Source: Eledone cirrhosa (lineage: Eukaryota). Taken from it: a stretch of 64,000 nt of DNA. This document shows, in pieces, positions 1-11,680 of this stretch. Made by a program: the position numbers and the translations under genes. Location: assembly GCA_964016885.1 (NCBI GenBank), contig OZ024741.1:255378001-255442000 (forward strand). The letters run 5' to 3'. The notes under the pieces are model-generated. The model saw only the letters and a list, made by a program, of their open reading frames with translations, was not told the origin of the DNA and did no database searches. Positions within the stretch are counted from its first letter, which is position 1. Every line of letters begins with the position of its first letter.

Positions 1-663
1 GTTGCTGTTTTCTCTGTCAGTGCCAGTGTTGTTGATGTTGTTGCTGTTTTCTCTGTCAGTGCCAGTGTTGTAGTTGTTGCTGTTTTCTCTGTCAGTGCCA
101 GTGTTGTTGTCGTTGTTGCTGTTTTCTGTGTCAGTGCCAGTGTTGTTGTTGTTGCTGTTTTCTGTGTCAGTGCCAGTGTTGTTGTTGTTGCTATTTTCAC
201 TGTCAGTGCCAGTGTTGTTGCTGTTGCTGTTTTCTCTGTCAGTGCCAGTGATGTTGTAGTTGTTGCTGTTTTCTGTGTTAGTGCCAGTGTTGTTGTAGTT
301 GTTGCTGTTTTCTGTGTCAGTGCCAGTGTTGTTGTAGTTGTTGCTGCTTTCTCTGTCAGTGCCAGTGTTGTTGTAGTTGTTGCTGCTTTCTCTGTCAGTG
401 CCAGTGTTGTTGTAGTTTTTTCTGTTTTCTGTGTCAGTGCAAGTGTTGTTGTTGTTGCTGCTTTCTCTGTCAGTGCCAGTGTTGTTGTAGTTGTTGCTGT
501 TTTCTGTGTCAGTGCCACTGTTGTTGTTGCTGTTTTCTGTGTCTGTGCCAGTGTTGTTGTTGTTGCTCTTTTCTCTGTCAGTGCCAGTGTTGTTGTTGCT
601 GTTTTCTCTGTCAGTGCCAGTGTTGTTGTAGTTGTTGCTGTTTTCTGTGTCAGTGCCAGTGTT
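1..663. repeat. 33/36/39-bp minisatellite, core GCTGTTTTCT(C/G)TGTCAGTGCCAGT + (GTT/GTA)n, 18 units, open at left window edge
   Basis: CAGTGCCAGT-type core recurs at 18, 57, 93, 132, 168, 204, 240, 279, 318, 357, 396, 435, 471, 510, 543, 579, 612 and 651. All spacings are 33, 36 or 39 bp, differing by the number of GTT triplets. Confidence 0.97.
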
Positions 664-668
664 TCGGC
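3..668 (-). CDS. Partial Thr-rich mucin-like tandem-repeat coding segment, (TTTTTLALTE/QKTA)n; no start codon, continues past left edge
   Basis: Hand translation of the minus frame gives 222 codons with no stop: AETLALTQKTATTTTTLALTEKTATTTLALTEKRA... It is bounded upstream by TAA at 669-671. Several unit variants are silent in this frame (CTG>CTA at 279, CTG>CTT at 441, ACA/ACT/ACG). Caveat: a second minus frame (NNTGTDRENS) and + frame 1 (VAVFSVSASVV) are also open, and + frame 1 shares the same third positions. Confidence 0.45.
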
Positions 669-2918
669 TTACGTGTGTTTCGACTTACGAGTGTTTCGAC
701 TTACGACTGTTTCGGCTTACGAGTGTTTCGGCTTACGAGTGTTTCGGCTTACGAGTGTTTTGACTTACGAGTGTTTTGACTTACGATTGTTTGGCTTACG
801 AGTGTTCTGACTTACGGGTGTTCTGACTTACGAGTGTTCCGACTTACGAGTGTTTCGGCTTATGAGGGTTTCGACTTACGATTGCTTCGGCTTACGAGTG
901 TTTCGACTTACGATTGTTTCGGCTTATGAGGGTTTCGACTTACGATTGCTTCGGCTTACGAGTGTTTTGACGTACGGGTGTTTCGACTTACGAGTGTTTC
1001 GGCGTATGAGTGTTTTGACTTACGAGTGTTTCGACTTACGAGTGTTTCGACTTACGATTGTTTCGAATTACGAGTGTTTCGACTTACGAGTGTTTTGACT
1101 TACGAGTGTTTTGACTTACGGTGTTTCTGCTTACGAGTGTTTCGACTTACGAGTGTTATGACTTACGGGTGTTTTGACATACGAGTGTTTCGACTTACGA
1201 GTGTTTTGACTTACGGGTGTTTTGACATACGAGTGTTTCGATACGAGTGTTCTGACTTACGAGTGTTATGACTTACGAGTGTTCTGACTTACGAGTGTTT
1301 CGACATACGAGTGTTTTGACTTACGAGTGTTTCGAATTACGAGTGTTTTGACTTACGGGTGTTTTGACATACGAGTGTTTCGATACGAGTGTTCTGACTT
1401 ACGAGTGTTCTGACTTACGAGTGTTTTGACTTACGAGTGTTCTGACTTACGAGTGTTCCGACTTACGAGTGTTCCGACTTACGAGTGTTTCGGCTTACGA
1501 GTGTTTCCGGCTTACGAGTGTTTCGACTTACGAGTGTTTTGACTTACCGTGTTTCGGCTTACGAGTGACTCGACTTACGAGTGTTTTGACTTACGGGTGT
1601 TTTGACTTACGGGTGTTGTGAATTACGAGTGTTCCGATTTACGAGTGTTTTGACTTACGGTGTTTCGGCTTACGAGTGATTCGACTTACGAATGTTTTGA
1701 CTTACGGGTGTTTCGGCTTGCGAGTGTTTCGACTTACGAGTGTTTCGGCTTATGAGTGTTTCGACTTACTAATGTTTTTACTTACGAGTGTTCTGACTTA
1801 CGAGTGTTCCGACTTACGAGTGTTCCGACTTACGAGTGTTTCGGCTTACGAGTGTTTCCGGCTTACGAGTGTTTCGACTTACGAGTGTTTCGACATACGA
1901 GTGTTTTGACTTACGGTGTTTCGACTTACGAGTGATTCGACTTACGAGTGTTTTGACTTACGGGTGTTTTGACTTACGGGTGTTGTGAATTACGAGTGTT
2001 CTGATTTTCGAGTGTTTTGACTTACGGTGTTTCGGCTTACGAGTGATTCGACTTACGAATGTTTTGACTTACGGGTGTTTCGGCTTGCTAGTGTTTCGAC
2101 TTACGAGTGTTTCGCCTTATGAGTGTTTCGACTTACTACTGTTTTTACTTACGAGTGTTTCGGCGTACGAGTGTTTTGACTTACGAATGTTTTGACTTAC
2201 GTGTGTTTCGGCTTACGAGTGTTTCGACTTACGAGTGTTTCGGCTTGCGAGTGTTTCGACTTACTAATGTTTTTACTTACGAGTTTTTCGGCGTACGAGT
2301 GTTTCGACTTACGAGTCTTTCGACTTACGGGTGTTTTGACTTAAGGGTGTTTCGACTTACAAGTGTTTCGACTTACGAGTGTTTCGACTTACGAGTGTTC
2401 TGACTTACGAGTGTTCTGATTTACGGATGTTTCGACATACGAGTGTTTCGACTTACGAGTGTTTCGACTTACGAGTGTTTTGACTTACGGGTGTTTTGAC
2501 ATACGAGTGTTTCGATACGAGTGTTTCGACTTACGAGTGTTCTGACTTACGAGTGTTCTGGCTTACGAGTGTTCTGACTTACGAGTGTTCTGATTTACGA
2601 GTGTTCCGACTTACGAGTGTTTCGGCTTACGAGTGTTTCGGCTTACGAGTGTTTCGACTTACGAGTGTTTCGACTTACGAGTGTTCCGACTTACGGGTGT
2701 TTCGACTTACGAGTGGTTTGGCTTACGGTGTTTCGGCTTACGAGTGTTTCGAGTTACGAGTGTTTTGACTTACGAGTGTTTCGATACGAGTGTTCTGACT
2801 TACGAGTGTTCTGACTTACGAGTGTTCTGACTTACGAGTGTTCTGACTTACGAGTGTTCCGACTTTACGAGTGTTTCGGCTCACGAGTGTTTCGGCTTAC
2901 GAGTGTTTCGACTTACGA

Positions 2919-2987
2919 AAATAACAAATAGACGCGGTTTCAAATCTCTATGATTTTCAAATTCATTACATTAATCTTTATTTATAC
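2919..2987. repeat. 69-bp AT-rich insert in satellite, copy 1 (ATGATTTT allele)
   Basis: AAATAACAAATAGACGCGGTTTCAAATCTCTATGATTTTCAAATTCATTACATTAATCTTTATTTATAC, lying between ...CTTACGA and GTTTGGCTTTACG. Confidence 0.95.
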
Positions 2988-3864
2988 GTTTGGCTTTACG
3001 AGTGTTTCGACTTACGACTGTTTCGAGATACGAGTGTTTCGACTTCCGAATGTTTTTGCTTACGGGTGTTTCGACTTACGAATGTTTCGGCTTACGAGTG
3101 TTTCGGCTTACGAGTGTTCCGACTTAGGAGTGTTTCGGCTTACGAGTGTTTCCGGCTTACGAGTGTTTCGACTTACGAGTGTTTCGACTTTCGAGTGTTT
3201 TGACTTACGGTGTTTCGGCTTACGAGTGATTCGACTTACGAGTGTTTTGACTTACGGGTGTTTTGACTTACGGGTGTTTCGACTTACGAGTGTTTCGACT
3301 TATGAGTGTTTCGACTTACGAGTGTTCTGACTTACGAGTGTTCTGACTTACGAGTGTTCCGACTTACGAGTCTTTCGGTTTACGAGTGTTTCGACATACG
3401 AGTGTTTTGACTTACGGGTGTTTCGACTTACGGGTGTTTCGACTTACGAGTGTTTCGGTTTACGAGTGTTTCGACTTACTAATGTTTTTACTTACGAGTG
3501 TTTCGGTGTACGAATGTTTTGACTTAAGGATGTTTCGACTTACGAGTGTTTCGACTTACGAGTGTTTCGGCTTACTGAGTTTCGACTTAAGAGTGTTCTG
3601 ATTTACGAGTGTTCTGACTTGCGGGTGTTTCGGCTTATGAGTGTTTCGACTTACGAGTGTTTCGGCTTACGAGTGTTTCGACTTATGGGTGTTTCGACTT
3701 ACGAGTGTTTTTACTTACGGTGTTTCGGCTTACGAGTGTTTCGACGTACGAATGTTCTGACTTACGAGTGTTCTGACTTACGAGTGTTCCGACTTACGAG
3801 TGTTCCGACTTTACGAGTGTTTCGGCTCACTAGTGTTTCGGCTTACGAGTGTTTCGACTTATGA

Positions 3865-3933
3865 AAATAACAAATAGACGCGGTTTCAAATCTCTATGCT
3901 TTTCAAATTCATTACATTAATCTTTATTTATAC
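3865..3933. repeat. 69-bp AT-rich insert, copy 2 (ATGCTTTT allele)
   Basis: Matches copy 1 apart from the allele site; same monomer position. Confidence 0.95.
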
Positions 3934-6900
3934 GTTTCGCTTTACGAGTGTTTCGACTTACGAGTGTTTCGACTTACGAGTGTTTTGGCTTACGAATGTT
4001 TTGACTTACGCGTGTTTCGACTTACGAGTGTTTCGACTTATGAGTGTTTCGACTTACGAGTGTTTCGGCTTATGAGTGTTTCGACTTACGAGTGCTTCGG
4101 CTTACGAGTGTTTCGACTTACGAGTATTTCGGCTTACGAGTGTTTCGACGTACGAATGTTTTGGCTTACGAGTGTTTCGGCTTATGAGTGTTTCGGTTTA
4201 CGAGTGTTTCGACTTACGAGTGTTTCGGCTTACGAGTGTTTCAGTGTTTCGGCTTACGTGTGTTTCGACTTACGAGTGTTTCGACTTACGACTGTTTCGG
4301 CTTACGAGTGTTTCGGCTTACGAGTGTTTCGGCTTACGAGTGTTTTGACTTACGATTGTTTGGCTTACGAGTGTTCTGACTTACGGGTGTTCTGACTTAC
4401 GAGTGTTTCGGCTTATGAGGGTTTCGACTTACGAGTGCTTCGGCTTACGAGTGTTTTGACTTACGGTGTTTCGGATTACGAGTGTTTCGACATACGAGTG
4501 TTTTGACGTACGGGTGTTTCGACTTATGGGTCTTTCGACTTAAGAGTGTTTCGACTTACGAGCGCTTCGACTTACGAGTGTTTCGACTTACGAGTGTTTC
4601 GGCGTATGAGTGTTTTGACTTACGAGTGTTTCGACTTACGAGTGTTTCGACTTACGAGTGTTTCGAATTACGAGTGTTTCGACTTACGAGTGTTTTGACT
4701 TACGAGTGTTTTGACTTACGCTGTTTCTGCTTACGAGTGTTTCGACTTTCGAGTGTTATGACTTACGGGTGTTTTGACATACGAGTGTTTCGACTTACGA
4801 GTCTTTCGGCTTACGAGTGTTTCGACTTACTAATATTTTTACTTACGAGGGTTTCGGCGTACGAGTGTTTCGACTTCCGAGTGTTTCGACTTACAGGTGT
4901 TTTGACTTACGGGTGTTTCGGCTTACGAGTGTTTTGACTTACGAGTGTTTTGACTTAAGGGTGTTTCGACTTACGAGTATTTTTGGTTTACGAGTGTTTC
5001 GACTTACGAGTGTTTTGACTTACGAGTGTTCTGATTTACGGATGTTTCGACATACGAGTGTTTCGACTTACGAGTGTTTCGACTTACGAGTGTTTCGACT
5101 TACGAGTGTTTCGACTTACGAGTGTTTCGGCTTACGAGTGTTTTGACTTACGAATGTTTTGACTTACGATTGTTTCGGCTTACGAGTCTTTCGACTTACG
5201 AGTGTTCTGACTACGAGTGTTCTGACTTACGGGTGTTCTGACTTACGAGTGTTCCGACTTACGAGTGTTTCGGCTCATGAGTGTTTCGACTTACGAGTGC
5301 TTCGACTTACGAGTGTTTCGGCTTAAGGGTGTTTCGACTTACGAATGTTTTTGCTTACGAGTGTTTCGGCTTACGAGTGTTTCGGCTTATGAGTGTTTCG
5401 ACTTACGAGTGTTTTGACTTACGGGTGTTTTGACATACGAGTGTTTCGATACGATTGTTCTGACTTACGAGTGTTTCCGCTTACGAGTGTTTCGGCTTAC
5501 GAGTGTTTCGACTTACTAATGTTTTTACTTACGAGTGTTTCGGTGTACGAGTGTTTCGACTTAAGGATGTTTCGACTTACGAGTGTTTCGACTTACGAGT
5601 GTTTTGGCTTACGAATGTTTTGACTTACGGGTGTTTCGACTTACGAGTGTTTCGACTTATGAGTGTTTCGACTTACGAGTGTTTCGGCTTATGAGTGTTT
5701 CGACTTACGAGTGCTTCGGCTTACGAGTGTTTCGACTTACGAGTATTTCGGCTTACGAGTGTTTCGACGTACGAATGTTTTGGCTTACGAGTGTTTCGGC
5801 TTATGAGTGTTTCGGCTTACGAGTGTTTCGACTTACGAGTGTTTCGGCTTACGAGTGTTTCAGTGTTTCGGCTTACGTGTGTTTCGACTTACGAGTGTTT
5901 CGACTTACGACTGTTTCGGCTTACGAGTGTTTCGGCTTACGAGTGTTTCGGCTTACGAGTGTTTTGACTTACGATTGTTTGGCTTACGTGTGTTCTGACT
6001 TACGGGTGTTCTGACTTACGAGTGTTCCGACTTACGAGTGTTTCGGCATATGAGGGTTTCGACTTACGAGTGCTTCGGCTTACGAGTGTTTCGACTTACG
6101 AGTGTTTCGGCTTACGAGTGTTTCGACTTACGAGTGTTTTGACTTACTGTGTTTCGGCTTACGAGTGTTTCGACATACGAGTGTTTTGACGTACGGGTGT
6201 TTCGACTTACGGGTCTTTCGACTTAAGAGTGTTTCGACTTACGAGCGCTTCGACTTACGAGTGTTTCGACTTACGAGTGTTTCGGCGTATGAGTGTTTTG
6301 ACTTACGAGTGTTTTGACTTACGAGTGTTTCGAATTACGAGTGTTTCGACTTGCGAGTGTTTTGACTTACGAGTGTTTTGACTTACGGTGTTTCTGCTTA
6401 CGAGTGTTTCGACTTTCGAGTGTTATGACTTACGGGTGTTTTGACATACGAGTGTTTCGACTTACGAGGCTTTCGGCTTACGAGTGTTTCGACTTACTAA
6501 TGTTTTTACTTACGAGTGTTTCGGCGTACGAGTGTTTCGACTTCCGAGTGTTTCGACTTACAGGTGTTTTGACTTACGGGTGTTTCGGCTTACGAGTGTT
6601 TTGACTTAAGGGTGTTTCGACTTACGAGTATTTTTGGCTTACGAGTGTTTCGACTTACGAGTGTTTTGACTTACGAGTGTTCTGATTTACGGATGTTTCG
6701 ACATACGAGTGTTTCGACTTAAGAGTGTTTCGACTTATGCGTGTTTCGACTTACGAGTGTTTCGACTTACAAGTGTTTCGGCTTATGATTGTTTCGACTT
6801 ACGAGTGTTTTGACTTACGGTGTTTCAGCTTACGAGTGTTTCGACTTACGAGTGTTTTGACTTACGGGTGTTTTGACATACGAGTGTTTCGATACGAGTG

Positions 6901-8120
6901 TTCTGACGTACGAGTGTTCTGACTTACGAGTGTTTTGACTTACGAGTGTTCTGACTTACGAGTGTTCCATCTTACGAGTGTTCCGACTTACGAGTGTTTC
7001 GGCTTACGAGTGTTTCCGGCTTACGAGTGTTTCGACTTACGAGTGTTTTGACTTACGGTGTTTCGGCTTACGAGTGATTCGACTTACGAGTGTTTTGACT
7101 TACGTGTGTTTTGACTTACGGGTGTTGTGAATTACGAGTATTCCGATTTACGAGTGTTTTGACTTACGGTGTTTCGGCTTACGAGTGATTCGACTTACGA
7201 ATGTTTTGATTACGGGTGTTTCGGCTTGCGAGTGTTTCGATTTACGAGTGTTTCGGCTCATGAGTGTTTCGACTTACTCTTTTACTTACGAGTGTTCTGA
7301 CTTACGAGTGTTCCGACTTACGAGTGTTCCGACTTACGAGTGTTTCGGCTTACGAGTGTTTCCGGCTTACGAGTGTTTCGACTTACGAGTGTTTTGACTT
7401 ACGAATGTTTTGACATACGGGTGTTTCGGCTTACGAGGGTTTCGACTTACGAGTGTTTCGGCTTGCGAGTGTTTCGACTTACTAATGTTTTTACTTACGA
7501 GTTTTTCGGCGTACGAGTGTTTCGACTTACGAGTGTTTCGACTTACGGGTGTTTTGACTTAAGGGTATTTCGACTTACAAGTGTTTCGACTTACGAGTGT
7601 TTCGACTTACGAGTGTTCTGACTTACGAGTGTTCTGATTTACGGATGTTTCGACATACGAGTGTTTCGACTTACGAGTGTTTCGACTTACGAGTGTTTTG
7701 ACTTACGGGTGTTTTGACATACGAGTGTTTCGATACGAGTGTTTCGACTTACGGGTGTTTTGACTTAAGGGTATTTCGACTTACAAGTGTTTCGACTTAC
7801 GAGTGTTCTGACTTACGAATGTTCTGACTTACGAGTGTTCTGATTTACGAGTGTTCCGACTTACGAGTGTTTCGACTTACGAGTGTTTCGACTTACGAGT
7901 GTTCCGACTTACGGGTGTTTCGACTTACGAGTGGTTTGGCTTACGGTGTTTCGGCTTACGAGTGTTTCGAGTTACGAGTGTTTTGACTTACGCGTGTTTT
8001 GACATACGAGTGTTTCGATACGAGTGTTCTGACTTACGAGTGTTCTGACTTACGAGTGTTCCGACTTTACGAGTGTTTCGGCTCACGAGTGTTTCGGCTT
8101 ACGAGTGTTTCGACTTACGA

Positions 8121-8189
8121 AAATAACAAATAGACGCGGTTTCAAATCTCTATGAATTTCAAATTCATTACATTAATCTTTATTTATAC
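8121..8189. repeat. 69-bp AT-rich insert, copy 3 (ATGAATTT allele)
   Basis: Direct match to the insert sequence. Confidence 0.95.
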
Positions 8190-11100
8190 GTTTCGCTTTA
8201 CGAGTGTTTCGACTTACGAGTGTTTCGACATACGAGTGTTTCGACTTCCGAATGTTTTTGCTTACGGGTGTTTCGACTTACGAGTGCTTTGGCTTACGAG
8301 TGTTCCGACTTAGGAGTGTTTCGGCTTACGGGTGTTTCCGGCTTACGAGTGTTTCGACTTACGAGTGTTTCGACTTTAGAGTGTTTTGACTTACGGTGTT
8401 TCGGCTTACGAGTGATTCGACTTACGAGTGTTTTAACTTACGAGTGTTTCGACTTACGAGTGTTTTGACTTACGATTGTTTTGACTTACGGGTGTTTCGG
8501 CTTACGAGTGTTTCGACTTACGAGTGTTTCGGCTTGCGAGTGTTTCGACTTACTAATGTTTTTACTTACGAGTGTTTCGGCGTACGAGTGTTTCGACTTA
8601 CGAGTGTTTCGACTTACGGGTGTTTTGACTTACGGGTGTTTCGGCTTACCAGTGTTTCGACTTACGAGTGATTTGACTTAAGGGTGTTTCGACATACGAG
8701 TGTTTCGACTTACGAGTGTTTCGACTTACGAGTGTTTCGGATTACGAGTGTTTTGACTTCAGGGTGTTTCGACTTACGAGTGTTTCGATACGAGTGTTTC
8801 GACTTACGAGTGTTCTGACTTACGAGTATTCTGATTTACGGATGTTTCGACACACGAGTGTTTCGAATTACGAGTGTTTCGACTTACGAGTGTTTTGACT
8901 TACGGGTGTTTTGACATACGAGTGTTTCGATACGAGTGTTTCGACTTATGAGTGTTTCGACTTACGAGTGTTCTGACTTACGAGTGTTCTGACTTACGAG
9001 TGTTCCGACTTACGAGTGTTTCGGTTTACGAGTGTTTCGACATACGAGTGTTTTGACTTACGGGTGTTTCGAATTACGGGTGTTTCGACTTACGAGTGTT
9101 TTGGCTTACGAGTGTTTCGACTTACTAATGTTTTTACTTACGAGTGTTTCGGTGTACGAATGTTTTGACTTAAGGATGTTTCGACTTACGAGTGTTTCGA
9201 CTTACGAGTGTTTCGGCTTACGTGAGTTTCGACTTAAGAGTGTTCTGATTTACGAGTGTTCTGACTTACGAGTGTTTCGGCTTATGAATGTTTCGACTTA
9301 CGAGTGTTTCGGCTTACGAGTGTTTCGACTTATGGGTGTTTCGACTTACGAGTGTTTTTACTTACGGTGTTTCGGCTTACGAGTGTTTCGACATACGAGT
9401 GTTTTGACTTACGGGTGTTTCGGCTTACGAGTGTTTCGACTTACGAGTGTTTCGGCTTACGAGTGTTTCGACTTACTAATGTTTTTACTTACGAGTGTTT
9501 CGGCGTACGGGAGTTTTGACTTACGAGTGTTTCGACTTACGAGTGTTTTGACTTACGAATGTTTTGACTTACGGGTGTTTCGGCTTATGAGTGTTTCGAC
9601 TTACGAGTCTTTCGGCTTACGAGTGTTTCGACTTACTAATGTTTTTACTTACGAGTGTTTCGGCGTACGAGTGTTTCGACTTACGTGTGTTTCGACTTAC
9701 GGGTGTTTTGACTTACGGGTGTTTCGGCTTACGAGTGTTTCGACTTACGAGTGTTTTGACTTACGGGTGTTTCGACTTACGAGTATTTTTGGCTTACGAG
9801 TGTTTCGACTTACGAGTGTTTTGACTTACGAGTGTTCTGATTTACGGATGTTTCGACATACGAGTGTTTCGACTTACGAGTGTTTCGACTTATGAGTGTT
9901 TCGACTTACGAGTGTTTCGGCTTACGAGTGTTTCGACTTACGAGTGTTTTGACTTACGGTGTTTCGGCTTACGAGTGTTTCGACTTACGAGTGTTTTGAC
10001 TTACGGGTGTTTTGACATACGAGTGTTTCGATACGAGTGTTCTGACTTACGAGTGTTCTGACTTACGAGTGTTTTGACTTACGAGTGTTCTGACTTACGA
10101 GTGTTCCGACTTACGAGTGTTCCGACTTACGAGTGTTTCCGGCTTACGAGTGTTTCGACTTCCGAGTGTTTTGACTTACGGTGTTTCGGCTTACGAGTGA
10201 TTCGACTTACGAGTGTTTTGAATTACGGGTGATTTGACTTACGGGTGTTGTGAATTACGAGTGTTCCGATTTACGAGTGTTTTGACTTACGGTGTTTCGG
10301 CTTACGAGTGATTCGACTTACGAATGTTTTGACTTACGGGTGTTTCGGCTTGCGAGTGTTTCGACTTACGAGTGTTTCGGCTTGTGGGTGTTTCGACTTA
10401 CTAATGTTTTTACTTACGAGTGTTTCGGCGTACGAGTGTTTTGACTTACGAGTGTTTCGACTTACGAGTGTTTCGACTTACGAGTGTTTCGGCTTACGTG
10501 AGTTTCGACTTAAGAGTGTTCTGATTCACGAGTGTTCTGACTTGCGGGTGTTCTGATTTACGAGTGTTCCGACTTACGAGTGTTTCGGCTTATGAGTGTT
10601 TCGACTTACGAGTGTTTCGGCTTACGAGTGTTTCGACTTACGAGTGTTTCGACTTACGGGTGTTCTGACTTAAGGTTGTTTCGACTTACAAGTGTTTCGA
10701 CTTACGAGTGTTTCGACTTACGAGTGTTCTGACTTACGAGTGTTCTGATTTACGGATGTTTCGACATACGAGTGTTTCGACTTACGAGTGTTTCGACTTA
10801 CGAGTGTTTTGACTTACGGGTGTTTTGCCATACGAGTGTTTCGATACGAGTGTTTCGACTTACGAGTGTTCTGACTACGAGTGTTCTGACTTACGAGTGT
10901 TCTGACTTACGAGTGTTCTGATTTACGAGTGTTCCGACTTACGAGTGTTTCGACTTACGAGTGTTTCGACTTACGAGTGTTCCGACTTACGGGTGTTTCG
11001 ACTTACGAGTGGTTTGGCTTACGGTGTTTCGGCTTACGAGTGTTTCGAGTTACGAGTGTTTTGACTTACGCGTGTTTTGACATACGAGTGTTTCGATACG

Positions 11101-11198
11101 AGTGTTCTGACTTACGAGTGTTCTGACTTACGAGTGTTCCGACTTTACGAGTGTTTCGGCTCACGAGTGTTTCGGCTTACGAGTGTTTCGACTTACGA

Positions 11199-11267
11199 AA
11201 ATAACAAATAGACGCGGTTTCAAATCTCTATGAATTTCAAATTCATTACATTAATCTTTATTTATAC
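11199..11267. repeat. 69-bp AT-rich insert, copy 4 (ATGAATTT allele)
   Basis: Direct match; exactly 3078 bp after copy 3. Confidence 0.95.
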
Positions 11268-11680
11268 GTTTCGCTTTACGAGTGTTTCGACTTACGAGTG
11301 TTTCGACATACGAGTGTTTCGACTTCCGAATGTTTTTGCTTACGGGTGTTTCGACTTACGAGTGCTTTGGCTTACGAGTGTTCCGACTTAGGAGTGTTTC
11401 GGCTTACGGGTGTTTCCGGCTTACGAGTGTTTCGACTTACGAGTGTTTCGACTTTAGAGTGTTTTGACTTACGGTGTTTCGGCTTACGAGTGATTCGACT
11501 TACGAGTGTTTTAACTTACGAGTGTTTCGACTTACGAGTGTTTTGACTTACGAATGTTTTGACTTACGGGTGTTTCGGCTTACGAGTGTTTCGACTTACG
11601 AGTGTTTCGGCTTGCGAGTGTTTCGACTTACTAATGTTTTTACTTACGAGTGTTTCGGCGTACGAGTGTTTCGACTTACG

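Noticed and set aside
74-259. Leu-rich 61-aa + strand ORF (MLLFSLSVPVLL...)
   Set aside because: Shadow frame of the minisatellite; TTG start, and TAG/TGA stops recur in neighbouring units.
1761-1800. TACTAAT and TTCTGAC variants resembling intron branch points on the + strand
   Set aside because: Simple point variants of the monomer, with no exon or + strand gene context and no proper YAG acceptor after a pyrimidine tract.
2950-3330. M(I/L/N)FKFITLIFIYTF ORF starts inside the insert, resembling a signal peptide
   Set aside because: Hydrophobicity follows from the T-rich composition. The downstream part is satellite of inconsistent length, and several copies give no ORF of 60 aa or more.
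3500-3540. GGTGTACGAATGT, AAGGATGT and ACGGATGT variants resembling Candida-type telomere repeat cores; TTACGGG/TTAAGGG resembling TTAGGG
   Set aside because: These are minor variants one to three changes from a consensus that is not G-rich. Inherited kb-scale variant order and embedded inserts indicate recombinational amplification, not telomerase synthesis.
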